DNA from: Promethearchaeota archaeon
GTDB lineage: Archaea; Asgardarchaeota; Lokiarchaeia; Sigyniarchaeales; SOKP01
Length of the DNA stretch: 64,000 nt
Assembly (NCBI GenBank): GCA_048940445.1
Contig: JBHLON010000011.1
Location: 20,659 to 84,658, forward strand
Direction: 5' to 3'
Of the stretch, positions 20,909 through 31,104 are shown piece by piece. The notes under the pieces are model-generated. The model had not been told where the DNA came from, did no database searches, and saw nothing but the letters and a program-made list of their open reading frames with translations. Both the position numbers and the translations under genes were made by a program. How positions within the stretch are numbered: the first letter of the stretch is position 1; every line of letters starts with the position of its first letter.

Positions 20909-21691
20909 CTAACTACCCCTAAGAACTCCTTTCAAGAAAAGTTGAGCATGAGACATAAGTAAAATATTTAATACGTAGGTTATATCGATTAATAGATAGA
21001 TATTTATACGCAAAGTCCCATATCTAGCGTTTCCTATTAGAAGATCAGAAAAAACAAATAAGCTAGATGCGATAACAACAAGATAGCGAAAAATTTTTGA
21101 TCTTTGAGTATATCCAAGCCCAAACCAAGATATGCATGCCATTGAACCAATAGCTATTACATAGGGAACTACGATTAATGACGCTGTACCATTCCAGACA
21201 AATATAAAAAACACTAATGGGATGAAGATAATCCAAAATATGATCGATATTAAGAAGACTTTACGAAGTTTTGGATTATGGATCTGAACTTTTGGGCTAA
21301 TAACGATTATTCCAGAAAAAGCTATTATCAAAGAAATCTGCATTAGAAGATATACTAACATTCCAATAATAAAATCATAAGCAATAACAATTGTAGCAAC
21401 AAGTCCAACTACCATTGCGATAACGATCCAATTTAAAAAGCGCTTAGGGTTAAGTTGGCGATTTTCTACAGGATTAGATTCCTGAATGATCTCTTTAAAA
21501 TTTTCAGGATTAATGGAATAAAACCTTATAACAAATATTGATATTGTTACTAAAATACTAGCAAGCCACGCGATAATCAAAATTTTGGATCCTTGAATTT
21601 GATTAATTATTTCTGAAATTAGAATCATTATAAAACCTGATATTCCTAAAGTGATGGGAAAAATTATACTCTTTGATGGTTTATAGGTCAT
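20909..21691 (-). CDS. YhhN/lysoplasmalogenase-like membrane protein
   Basis: Multi-TM; PYVIAIGSM, LFVFSDLLIG, TY. Confidence 0.65.
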   Translation of the reverse strand: MTYKPSKSIIFPITLGISGFIMILISEIINQIQGSKILIIAWLASILVTISIFVIRFYSINPENFKEIIQESNPVENRQLNPKRFLNWIVIAMVVGLVATIVIAYDFIIGMLVYLLMQISLIIAFSGIIVISPKVQIHNPKLRKVFLISIIFWIIFIPLVFFIFVWNGTASLIVVPYVIAIGSMACISWFGLGYTQRSKIFRYLVVIASSLFVFSDLLIGNARYGTLRINIYLLIDITYVLNILLMSHAQLFLKGVLRGS

Positions 21692-22031
21692 TTATCTATC
21701 CTTCCTTCATAATTTCAAACAAATATATTCATGTAATTACTCAAAAATTAAAAATTTTATTACCAAGAACTAAGAACTATTAAAAAAAATTTTCTAGAGG
21801 GATAATTTTGATTGTTTCGGATATTCATTATAGTTATTTCACTGTCTTTAATGTAAACAAAAGAAGAATTACAGCTTTTTAATTCTTTAAATAATAATAA
21901 CTATCGGACCTATGTTTTGCAAATGTGAATTGTTTCCACACAGTAAAAGGAAAATCATTTAAAAATTCTATTCTAAGTTCTGTTTCTCTCTGGCTATTTT
22001 CATCTAGATATTTAACTATCTTTATCAATAG

Positions 22032-22874
22032 TTAAATTTCTATTCTTAATCCATCATAAGCAAATGATAATCCGGGATTTTCTTCTTCTAATTGTTTACG
22101 TTCATTGGAAGTTATTCCTGCTATTAACTTATTTAAATTCCAACTATGAAAAGAAGCATGCGTAATGATACATTTTGGAATGTCTAATGTTTTCCAGAAT
22201 TCAACCGCATCAAAAATAGAGAAATTTCCCCATTCTTGAAACGTCTGTCCCTTAGGTAGAACCAAATTATCGACTGTACCTTCAAATATTATAAAATCAA
22301 AGTCTATTTCTTTTAGACGATCGATTGTCTTCTTTGGTGGAATAACTCCATCGACCAAATATGCAAAAGTAGTATTATGAGTCGTAATAATATATCCAAC
22401 ACTATCTGGGGAATGTGTGGTTTTTATTACTTCAAGACAGCCTCCATGGATTCTAATAATATCTCCTGGTTTTAAGGGGTGGAGATTATATCGATGTTTC
22501 GCCCATGAAAAACCTATATTTTCAAAGTATTTAATATACTGTTCAGGAAGATGTAAATCTATATGTTTCTTCCAAGTCCAAAGTTCACCTAGCAGAGGAA
22601 AGGCGCCGAGACCAAAGCAATGATCATAATGCCAATGTGTCAGGAATATTCGATCAATATATTTTATTTGTTCCCTTTCTAGTTGGAATTCAATATCTGG
22701 TCCCGCGTCAATTAATACATTTTCTTTACCTGAGAGCAAAACAGAAGCTCTAGTGCGTCGCAACCTTGGATCTTTCCTTGCTTCCTCACATGTCTCACAA
22801 GAACAAAGACATAAGGGAACTTGTATGCCTCCACTACTACCAAGAAATATTAAAATAAGGTTTTTATTTGCCAC
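22032..22874 (-). CDS. MBL-fold metallohydrolase (PhnP-like)
   Basis: CSCETC, LIDAGPD, THWHYDH. Confidence 0.9.
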   Translation of the reverse strand: MANKNLILIFLGSSGGIQVPLCLCSCETCEEARKDPRLRRTRASVLLSGKENVLIDAGPDIEFQLEREQIKYIDRIFLTHWHYDHCFGLGAFPLLGELWTWKKHIDLHLPEQYIKYFENIGFSWAKHRYNLHPLKPGDIIRIHGGCLEVIKTTHSPDSVGYIITTHNTTFAYLVDGVIPPKKTIDRLKEIDFDFIIFEGTVDNLVLPKGQTFQEWGNFSIFDAVEFWKTLDIPKCIITHASFHSWNLNKLIAGITSNERKQLEEENPGLSFAYDGLRIEI

Positions 22875-23001
22875 AATTGATTTAACAAGATCTCCACATT
22901 TATATTTTTTTTCTTTTAGATCTTACACTCAGTTCAGAAAATTAAGTTTAAGCCATAGGCTTTAATCTTGTCCTAATTTTCTGTGAAAATTGGGTGGGGA
23001 A

Positions 23002-23040
23002 GTAAATTCAGAGTCTGATTTCCATGAAAATTCATTTGAA
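23002..23040. repeat. 39-bp intergenic repeat, copy 3
   Basis: GTAAATTCAGAGTCTGATTTCCATGAAAATTCATTTGAA. Confidence 0.85.
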
Positions 23041-23112
23041 GAAACTAAATTAAAATTATAATTAGTTTAATAATTATGTACATGAGAGATATTATGTAGA
23101 TTTGTGCTTTTT

Positions 23113-24393
23113 TTAGCGTTCTGATTTCAATTTTCTTCTCTCTCTAATAGTAACATCGAGGATTAGACTTTCAATATGTCGTAAAGCGACTTTATCTTCC
23201 TTTGGGATGAGATCATAAATTTCCTCGAGATCCTTTAAGGAAAGAAGCTGGAGAATTTCTTTTTGCAATAAATATCGATATGCTTCGATATTTTCTTCTT
23301 TTAAATATAAAATGATCTCTTTTTTGATAATTTCTTGGGCTCTTGAAATTCCTCTTTCAATCATTTCTTTTAGGAGAGGATACCATATCCTTCTTTTTTC
23401 CATAAGGGTAAAAGTTACTTTTTTATCAAGCCAATCTTCAAACATAACTTCTAATTCTTCGTTTGAGAATAGATTCAAATACTTTTCATTTAGATAAAAT
23501 ATAATAGTATTATAATTTTTAGATGCAATCCTAGTTGCGATGCTCTCTTTCAATCGAATAATAGCTTTTTTATCTCCTAATAATGCTAGTTTTTTCAGTA
23601 ATGGAATAGATAAACTACTATGTAAGATTCTCAGATCGTAGTCATATTCATACCATGCTTGCAGATTAGAACAATGACCGATAAATTCAGAATCAGAATC
23701 AATCAGATTATGATCTGTTTCATGTTTCTTATCCATATTATTATAGATCTGAAAGGCTTCATCAATCGAATCAATGTGTTCAAATTTATTGAAATCCTTT
23801 TGAGTTAAATTCAAGAGGAGATACTTACATTGATGGAAGGGCTTTTCATCAATAAAGATAACTGTTTGACCTTTAATTAATTTAAGTTTGAGATGTATAT
23901 TAATTCTAAATTCTCTCTCTTCAGGAAATTTATCAGTATTCCTCATTAACAATTCATCATTAAATTCCTGCAAGAATCTTCTATGACTTTCAGAGAATAC
24001 TCTTGTTTTTTTAAATTGGGGCTTTTCACTGTTGCGTATATATTTCAAATCGGGTAATTTTTCGTTAAGTTTCATTGACTCAATGTTAAATACATTAAGA
24101 AATTCTTGAGTCTCATCTCCTTGATCAATAGATACAATTTTGCAATGATGAAAACACGAATCTTTCATTAATTTTCCCTGAATCTCTTGTGCTACATTAG
24201 AGCTTATAAATCTTTTTTTTACTGGAGATCGAGCTCCTTTCCAAATGAAAATCTTTCGTATATCTTCTCGGATAAGCACTAAGACTTGTTCTGGATTGAG
24301 GTAATTAGCTAAATCCTTCTTAGAGAAAACTAACTCTTTATATTCTCCAGTATCCTCCAATTCAAAAGCAAAAAAAGTTTTTAATTCACTCAT
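23113..24393 (-). CDS. Gelsolin-like domain fused to helical domain
   Basis: LNPEQVLVL...IFIWKGARSP...DQGDETQEFL; then F.GHCSNLQAWYE. Confidence 0.7.
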   Translation of the reverse strand: MSELKTFFAFELEDTGEYKELVFSKKDLANYLNPEQVLVLIREDIRKIFIWKGARSPVKKRFISSNVAQEIQGKLMKDSCFHHCKIVSIDQGDETQEFLNVFNIESMKLNEKLPDLKYIRNSEKPQFKKTRVFSESHRRFLQEFNDELLMRNTDKFPEEREFRINIHLKLKLIKGQTVIFIDEKPFHQCKYLLLNLTQKDFNKFEHIDSIDEAFQIYNNMDKKHETDHNLIDSDSEFIGHCSNLQAWYEYDYDLRILHSSLSIPLLKKLALLGDKKAIIRLKESIATRIASKNYNTIIFYLNEKYLNLFSNEELEVMFEDWLDKKVTFTLMEKRRIWYPLLKEMIERGISRAQEIIKKEIILYLKEENIEAYRYLLQKEILQLLSLKDLEEIYDLIPKEDKVALRHIESLILDVTIRERRKLKSER

Positions 24394-24745
24394 GTATTTA
24401 TTTACAATAATATTGATAACTGAAACTTTCTTTATTTCTAATAAAGTGCATTAATTTATATTTTTCTTATTTAAAAAATAACCACATATCCAACCCCATG
24501 ATGGTATTTTTTATATACTTTTTTTTCAAGACTAAACAAATTACTGATGAGCATAGTTAAATTGAAACGGGAACAAACCGAGAAATTTAGTGACAACATT
24601 ATATTTTAATTCAACTTTATAACCTAAAAATTATTTTTTGAAATAGATTTCAAATTTCTCCTATCATTCTCTTTTCCTTTATATGAAAAAAGACTCATAT
24701 TTTAATTATTCAAATTTAATTTGAATTATGAGGTGAAAATTAAAA

Positions 24746-24967
24746 TTGTCATTGGCTAAAGAATATGGTGATACAAAGTTTGGAGAAATAAATAGTAATG
24801 CATTCACTCAATTTATGGATTCATTCAATAATTATTTTAATTCTGAAGATCCTAACGAAAAAAATGATATCTTAAAAAAATTCGGCTTATTTAAATTTGG
24901 AGAAATCAACAATTTATTATTAAGTGATTTTGAAAGAGCTTTAAATCGATTTCTTTATATTAACTAG
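24746..24967 (+). CDS. Small hypothetical protein with internal KFGEIN repeat
   Basis: SD GAGGTGA; KFGEINS...KFGEINN. Confidence 0.5.
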   Translation: MSLAKEYGDTKFGEINSNAFTQFMDSFNNYFNSEDPNEKNDILKKFGLFKFGEINNLLLSDFERALNRFLYIN

Positions 24968-25086
24968 GTTATTTACTTTTTTCCTAAGCTTAGCTAAAAA
25001 TATATAAAATTAAAAATAATTGCAGAATAATAGATGATAGAAAATAGATATTCTGCCAAATTGCCATTATAGCAGGGAAGATTGAT

Positions 25087-25485
25087 TTAAACACGCCTGC
25101 CTCTATGTCCACCCTTCCTACGACAGTGGTCATGAGCGCGAGGTGTGACTTCTTCTATTCTCCCAACTTGGAGACCGGAACGAGCAAGAGCACGAATGCA
25201 TGCTTGGGCGCCAGGTCCAGGTGTCTGTGATTTATTCCCACCAGGGGCTCGAACCTTTATATGGACTCCTCTTATGCCTTTATCTCTTAGCTCATTTGCA
25301 ACTCTAAAGCCACACTGCATTGCAGCGTAGGGGTTTGACTCATCACGGGCAGCTTTAACAACCATCCCACCCGAGCATTTCGCGAAGGTCTCAGCTCCGC
25401 TTAAGTCGGTAGCGTGGACAATTGTATTATTATATGATGAAAAGATGTGAATCATTGCCCATTTCATATCATCTGTCTTACTCAT
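25087..25485 (-). CDS. rps11: Ribosomal protein uS11
   Basis: [35 protein letters not shown]. Confidence 0.98.
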   Translation of the reverse strand: MSKTDDMKWAMIHIFSSYNNTIVHATDLSGAETFAKCSGGMVVKAARDESNPYAAMQCGFRVANELRDKGIRGVHIKVRAPGGNKSQTPGPGAQACIRALARSGLQVGRIEEVTPRAHDHCRRKGGHRGRRV

Positions 25486-25503
25486 TTTTTAGTTCACCAA
25501 ATT

Positions 25504-26001
25504 TTATTCTTTAATTTGAGCGAAAGGGCTGCTTGGAGCAAATCTGATTAGAGTTTCTTCTTCAGTTTTAACGATATATGAGGGTGAATTAATTATTTTA
25601 TCACTGATAGCAATATGTTTATGTACTATTTTTTGTCTTGCTTCATAAATAGTTTGTGCCATACCTTTCTCAAAAACCAATGTTTGTAATCGTCTTTTTA
25701 ATAAATCTTCTACGGTTAAAAGTAGAATATCATCAAATTCGGCTTCGGGACCTAGTACCCCTAAACTATTCAATTTTCTTATTAATTCTCTTTGTGCTTC
25801 AGCAGCTTGTTCTTTTGATAATGTTCTGGATTCTCGTGCAATCTTTCTCCAATTCCCGAGCATTGTTCTCATTTTCCAGAATTCTCGTTTGTTTCTAAGT
25901 CCATATTTTCCTAGAAATTCAAGTTCTTCAAGGATTCTCTCTTTATTAAAAGGATGTTTTGGTTTTCTAAACTTCTTTTTTAAACGTCTTGGATCTCCCA
26001 T
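25504..26001 (-). CDS. rps4: Ribosomal protein uS4
   Basis: MGDPRR, YGLRNKRE, RRLQTLV. Confidence 0.98.
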   Translation of the reverse strand: MGDPRRLKKKFRKPKHPFNKERILEELEFLGKYGLRNKREFWKMRTMLGNWRKIARESRTLSKEQAAEAQRELIRKLNSLGVLGPEAEFDDILLLTVEDLLKRRLQTLVFEKGMAQTIYEARQKIVHKHIAISDKIINSPSYIVKTEEETLIRFAPSSPFAQIKE

Positions 26002-26011
26002 ATTTTCACCT

Positions 26012-26503
26012 TTATTTTTCAGCTTGCCTTTTCTTTTTACGAGTCACACCAACAACTAATCCATGTCGTCCGGTGCTTTTTGTTCTTTGACCCCTTACTT
26101 TTAAACCTAAATGATGTCGTACTCCTTTGTAGCTTTTCATTTTTTTCATTCTGTCAATGTCTCGCTTGATTTCTAATTCTAGTTTATTGCCAATGAGATG
26201 GACATCTTTGCCAGTTCTTAAATCTTTTTTTCGATTGACCATCCAAAAAGGAATCCCATTTTCGACGGGATTTAATATTATTTCTTCAAGTCTTTGTATA
26301 TCTTTTTCTGAAAGTGCTCCTATTCGTGATTCTGGATTTATTTCGGTGACCATTATTATAGCTTGGGCTAATCTTTTTCCAACTCCTTTTATTTGAGTCA
26401 GACCGTATTCAATTTTTGCATTTCCATCAACTTGAGCACGTAGATTTCTGAAAAAAACTTTTTCACGGAAATTTTTTGGTCGTACTGGAGATAGGGAACT
26501 CAT
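26012..26503 (-). CDS. rps13: Ribosomal protein uS13
   Basis: LTQIKGVG, WMVNRKKD, GLKVRGQRTKSTGR. Confidence 0.98.
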   Translation of the reverse strand: MSSLSPVRPKNFREKVFFRNLRAQVDGNAKIEYGLTQIKGVGKRLAQAIIMVTEINPESRIGALSEKDIQRLEEIILNPVENGIPFWMVNRKKDLRTGKDVHLIGNKLELEIKRDIDRMKKMKSYKGVRHHLGLKVRGQRTKSTGRHGLVVGVTRKKKRQAEK

Positions 26504-26617
26504 GTTATCTAATAATCTTAATTTATGATATAGTCTTTAATGTGAAATTTAATATTAATTTTATGGTTTAGAATAGAAGAAGGAAGTTTTTAAGTGGATT
26601 TGATCTAGTGTTATTCT

Positions 26618-28105
26618 TTAATAATTCGGGATACGCATATTTCCCTTAGATTTTTCACTTAGATGTTTGAAACATTTATTTTTTTTAGAATTAGCAATTT
26701 TCTCAACCGTTGGTAGCCCCGGTTGAACTTCTTTGATATTTTTATATTCTATCAAATTACGCTTTATTAGGCTGTCAAATAATTGTTTTCCTTTAATTGT
26801 TCTAATTATAATAGTATTCCAACCAACAGGAGAACCAGTAGAGCCAATTGAAATGTCAGCTGATTCTGATGTTAAATCGAAACATACTTTACAATCTTTC
26901 CTTGCTAAATGACTTATTTCTTTAACTTGAATTGATAGTTCTTCATCTTTTTTCGTATATATAAAAAATTTGCCTTTATTGATGTCAGTCTTTTGTATAT
27001 CGTTAACATTTACGTTTAAGAGTTGACAAATTTTTAATAGTGATTCATAAGAGAATGATTCCATACAAAAAATTCCAATACGATATAATACTTGACTCAA
27101 TGAAGGAATTGCTACATTATAAATTTCGGATTTTAATAATGCTTGCATCATACAAGGAACTCCAACAACAGCTATTTTAGAATGTTTATTATTCAATTCA
27201 TTAAGTAAAGAAAGAGTAGGATTATTGACGTATTTAGTACCCACAGTTTTCAATATGTCTCCTTTAGATTTAATTAATACGGGTTCAGGACGCCAAAGAG
27301 TTCGGCTCATTTTTGCACCTAATGCCATATCAATTTGATTTGAATCTAATAAAAAATAAAGACAAGTGCTTGTAATTCCACCGTCTTGACATACATTAGA
27401 AATTTCTTTAATTTTTGTTTTTGCTGAATAAATTTCGAGATAAGAACCAATCTTTGGAGAAAAAGTAATGTTAGAATTCAAATTTTGCTCCATATTCAAT
27501 AAATTCACTGGCAAAAATGTCCTTGGGCAAAAATAATAACATAATCCACATTTTATGCATTTATCTTCCTCAATTTTTCCGAAACCATTATATACGTTTA
27601 TACAATTAACTGGGCAAATTCCAGCACATAGACCACAACCAGAACAATTTTCTGAATTAAATATAACATTTACGGGTTCATAAATAGATTTAATTTCAGA
27701 AGGATTACAAGTCAAAGCTTTAATTGATCGATTTTTTATTCCTTGAGGACTAACTATATCAGTATTGATTTCTTTTTTGGGGTAAAATGTTTCGATTAAT
27801 CCCTCATTTTTTAATAATTCTATATTAGATAGGGTTTTTTTAATATCTATTGAGTTTTTTTTAGAAAAAGTTTTTAAAGACTCGAAATTGTGAATTGGTT
27901 TATTTTTTATATAATTTAAGAGTAAATATTTCATTCTCTCTCTATCAAACATTTCAAATAAGATTTGGTAATATTGATCCTCACTATAAACTCCAGAATT
28001 TATGATTTCATTTTTTGCATCAATTAATACACGAATTCTATATGAATCTAAAGCTTCTGCAACATTTTTCAAAAATTCCCATGTAATAAAATCTTTAGAT
28101 TCCAT
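26618..28105 (-). CDS. F420 hydrogenase/dehydrogenase beta (FrhB family) with ferredoxin and N-terminal extension
   Basis: 2x CxxCxxCxxxCP, QDGG, VGVPC, IGIFCME, CKVC, ADISIGS. Confidence 0.9.
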   Translation of the reverse strand: MESKDFITWEFLKNVAEALDSYRIRVLIDAKNEIINSGVYSEDQYYQILFEMFDRERMKYLLLNYIKNKPIHNFESLKTFSKKNSIDIKKTLSNIELLKNEGLIETFYPKKEINTDIVSPQGIKNRSIKALTCNPSEIKSIYEPVNVIFNSENCSGCGLCAGICPVNCINVYNGFGKIEEDKCIKCGLCYYFCPRTFLPVNLLNMEQNLNSNITFSPKIGSYLEIYSAKTKIKEISNVCQDGGITSTCLYFLLDSNQIDMALGAKMSRTLWRPEPVLIKSKGDILKTVGTKYVNNPTLSLLNELNNKHSKIAVVGVPCMMQALLKSEIYNVAIPSLSQVLYRIGIFCMESFSYESLLKICQLLNVNVNDIQKTDINKGKFFIYTKKDEELSIQVKEISHLARKDCKVCFDLTSESADISIGSTGSPVGWNTIIIRTIKGKQLFDSLIKRNLIEYKNIKEVQPGLPTVEKIANSKKNKCFKHLSEKSKGNMRIPNY

Positions 28106-28138
28106 TTTTACATGCTTTTTTTAATTGAATTATTTATT

Positions 28139-28207
28139 CCGAAAGCTCATGCTTTGAGTCAGTCTCTTCTCAACAAAAATTTTTTTGGGAAGATCATTCA
28201 ATTTCGG
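28139..28207 (-). promoter_or_regulatory. Eukaryote-type SECIS element overlapping mvhD stop
   Basis: AUGA (28197-28194), stem UCUUCCCAA/UUGAGAAGA (8/9 paired), loop AAAAAUUUUUG, GA (28164-28163); lower helices UUGA/UCAA and CCGAAA/UUUCGG. Confidence 0.8.
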
Positions 28208-28619
28208 GTTTGTTTTTAGGTAGAAGAGGAAGTGCTTTGACCTTATTAGTTATGTCTTTTACAGCATAAAGAAAATTTTCAACCTCTGCTGCAGAACAGA
28301 AATATTGTTCTATCCTATTCTCTGAGATTCCTAAATGTTTAAATAGACGCTTCAAAAACTTCACATGTTCATATGTGTTGAGATTACCTGCTCCAAATTC
28401 ACACTCTCCTTCCTTTCATGAAATAATAGCTACTCCATCTGCTCCATTTAAATAACATTCCATAATTAAATGGATTCCTATTCTTCCACTACATCTGACT
28501 CTAATCATGTGAAAATCAGTAGAATAAGTTTTTCTTGTTGTTCCTGTTAAATCTGCCACGGAATATCCTCATTTTTCACAACCAAAAGTTATAATCCTTC
28601 TTTCTTGCTCATTTTCCAA
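28194..28619 (-). CDS. mvhD: Hydrogenase Fe-S subunit MvhD/VhuD, selenoprotein with 2 Sec (missed by ORF track)
   Basis: TTG after AGGTGA; FGCEKUGY (TGA 28571-28569), IRVRCSGRI, GADGVAIISUKEGEC (TGA 28418-28416), SAAE; 141 aa. Confidence 0.93.
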
Positions 28620-28638
28620 AAATAAATCACCTTTAAGT

Positions 28639-30639
28639 TTAATTTTCTACTGAAGTTGGAATTTTTCTTATTACTTTCATCTCTCTCATCCCTATTCCTT
28701 TTATTATCTCTTCAAATTGCTTATTCCTATAGTATTTTAGATCTAAGGCTTTTGCTGGACAAGATGTGACACATATTCCACAACCTTTACATTTTAATTC
28801 ATCCACAACTGCAATATTATTGTCATTTACTGTAATAGCTTCAAATTCGCAAACTTTTTCACATCGATGGCATCCAATACAAAGTTTTTCATTTACTTCT
28901 GCGATAATCAATTCTAGACTAACAGTATCATTTGATAATAAGGTTGAGACCTTACTTGCAGCTGCTAATGCTGTAGAAACTGAATACGGAATATTTTTTG
29001 GTCCTGATGCACATCCACAGATGTAGATTCCATTATGTTTCGTTTCTTGAGGTTTTAGGCAACCATGTATTTCAGAAAGAAATCCATTAGAATCTTTTGC
29101 TAACCCCATAACTTTTATGATCTCTTCTGTTCCTTTTGATGGCACCATCCCCGTCGATAAAACAATTAAATCAAAATCCATGAAATCTACACTATTTGAT
29201 AACGAGTTATCATAAAATAGTCTCATAGTCCCATTATTATTTAGTTTTACATCACCCGGTTTACCTTTTATGAAACATATATTTTGCTTTCTTATTTTTC
29301 TAAAATATTCTTCATTTCCTTTATCAGTTGTACGTATGTCTATATAGAAGATACTAATTTGGGCTTCAGGATATTCTTGTTTCAAAAGTTGAGCATTCTT
29401 TAAAGCTACACTGCAGCATACTGCAGAACAATATTGATTGCCTCTTAAACTTCTTGAGCCAACACATTGTATCATTGCAATATTTTTAGGTACTTTTCCA
29501 TCAGATATTCTATAAACATGGCCTTCAGTTGGACCAATTGGGCTTAACAATCGTTCTAACTCAATTTGAGTAATTATATCTGGGTAAATTCCGTACTTAT
29601 ATTCATTTGTTTCCATTACAGGATATTCATCCCATCCTGTGGCTAAAATTACAGCTCCAATATCAAGCTCAATAATCACTGGTTTTTGTTCTAAGTCAAT
29701 TGCTTCTGCTGGACATTCTCTTTGGCAATTTTTACAGTTAATACATATTTCCCTATCAATAACTGCATGTTTTGGTATAGCTTGTGGAAAAGGGATATAA
29801 ATTGCCCCTCTTTCACCTATATATCTGTCAAATTCATTCGGGACTTTTATTGGGCATTTTAGAGTGCATAATCCACATCCAGTACATTTTTTTTCATCAA
29901 CATATCTAGGGTTCTTCCTTATTTTAACCTTATAGCTACCGATGATGCCTCCAAACTCAATTACTTCTGCATATGTTATAAGATCTATATTAGGATGCTT
30001 TGAAGTGTTAACCATAATTGGTGCTAATACTCAAATGCCACAATCATCTGTAGGGAAAATTCGATCGAGTTGTGCCATTTTTCCTCCAATAGTTGGTTCT
30101 TTTTCGACTAAATACACCCGTATTCCTTGATTTGCTAAATCTAAAGCAGCATTCATCCCAGCTATTCCTGCACCAATAACTAAAGCCGTTTTTGTAATCT
30201 GGATTTCTTTCTTTGGTATTACTTCCAGTTGCCTTGCTCGATTTATTCCCGCAAGCATTAATCTATTTGCTTTCTTTGTAGCTTTTTCTTTATTATCTTG
30301 ATGTACAAATGAACACTGTTCTCTTAAATTTACCATCTCAAAATAATATGGGTTTAATCCTGCTTCTGCTAAGACAGCTCTATATGTGGGTTCATGAATT
30401 TTAGGAGTGCAAGCACCAACAACTATTCGATTCAAATTTAATTCTGTGATATCATTTTTTATTATCTGTTGCCCTGGATCACTACAAGTGAAGTTATTTA
30501 TTCTGGCGATAATTACATTTGGCAATTGTTCTACAAATCCTCTAATTTTGTCACAGTCTACATATGCACTGATATTGACTCCTCATCTACAAATATAAAC
30601 TCCAATTCTAATTTCATCAATGGTCTGTTTTTCAGACAA
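28639..30639 (-). CDS. hdrA: Heterodisulfide reductase subunit A, selenoprotein with 2 Sec (split in ORF track)
   Basis: One frame from TTG 30639 (SD GGGTGA): GVYICRUGVNI (TGA 30585-30583), GAGIAG, FPTDDCGIUVLAP (TGA 30033-30031), IQCVGSR, YCSAVCC; 666 aa. Confidence 0.95.
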
Positions 30640-30812
30640 TAAATTCACCCTTTCTAGATACCACCCAAAAGTATTCTTTTCATAATTTGATGTACTATTT
30701 GCTGCCTTTAAAAATATTAGAGATAATATAATTTTTCTGGTATAAACTGAAAATTAAATCTAGAAAAGTATCTTATTAAACCTTTTTATGGAATTTTAAA
30801 TTTTATTTAAAT

Positions 30813-30995
30813 ATGCCAGAGTCGATGGAGAATATTAAAGAAGAATTTGCAAAGGAATTCATGTCTGAAGAGGGTATAAAAGGTAAAGCTATAAGAATAA
30901 AAATTATCAGACTGATTGATATTGTTGGGTACAACAAAAAAAAAATTAAGACAGCACTTTTAAAGTCGACTATTACTGATAGAATTACTGAATAG
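30813..30995 (+). CDS. Small hypothetical protein
   Basis: 60-aa ORF with ATG and protein-like composition, divergent from hdrA. Confidence 0.55.
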   Translation: MPESMENIKEEFAKEFMSEEGIKGKAIRIKIIRLIDIVGYNKKKIKTALLKSTITDRITE

Positions 30996-31104
30996 TGTTT
31001 TCATTTAATATTAATATAGAAAATCTAGAAATTCAAAAAATTTTAATCATTACTAATATAAAGATATTAAGAGTAAGATTTTTGGGAATTTGGTGTTATA
31101 ATTT

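Noticed and set aside
19055-23040. 39-bp repeats as a CRISPR array or canonical attC sites
   Set aside because: Separated by 0.8-3 kb of genes, no cas genes, no RYYYAAC/GTTRRRY ends
24538-24588. Hammerhead-like core: CTGATGA (24544) ... GAAA-CGG/CCG with AAATT/AATTT flanks
   Set aside because: AG instead of the required UH at the cleavage site and no convincing stem II; chance match or dead remnant
28194-30639. hdrA and mvhD as nonsense pseudogenes
   Set aside because: All four interruptions are TGA at conserved Cys positions, frames are intact and a SECIS is present
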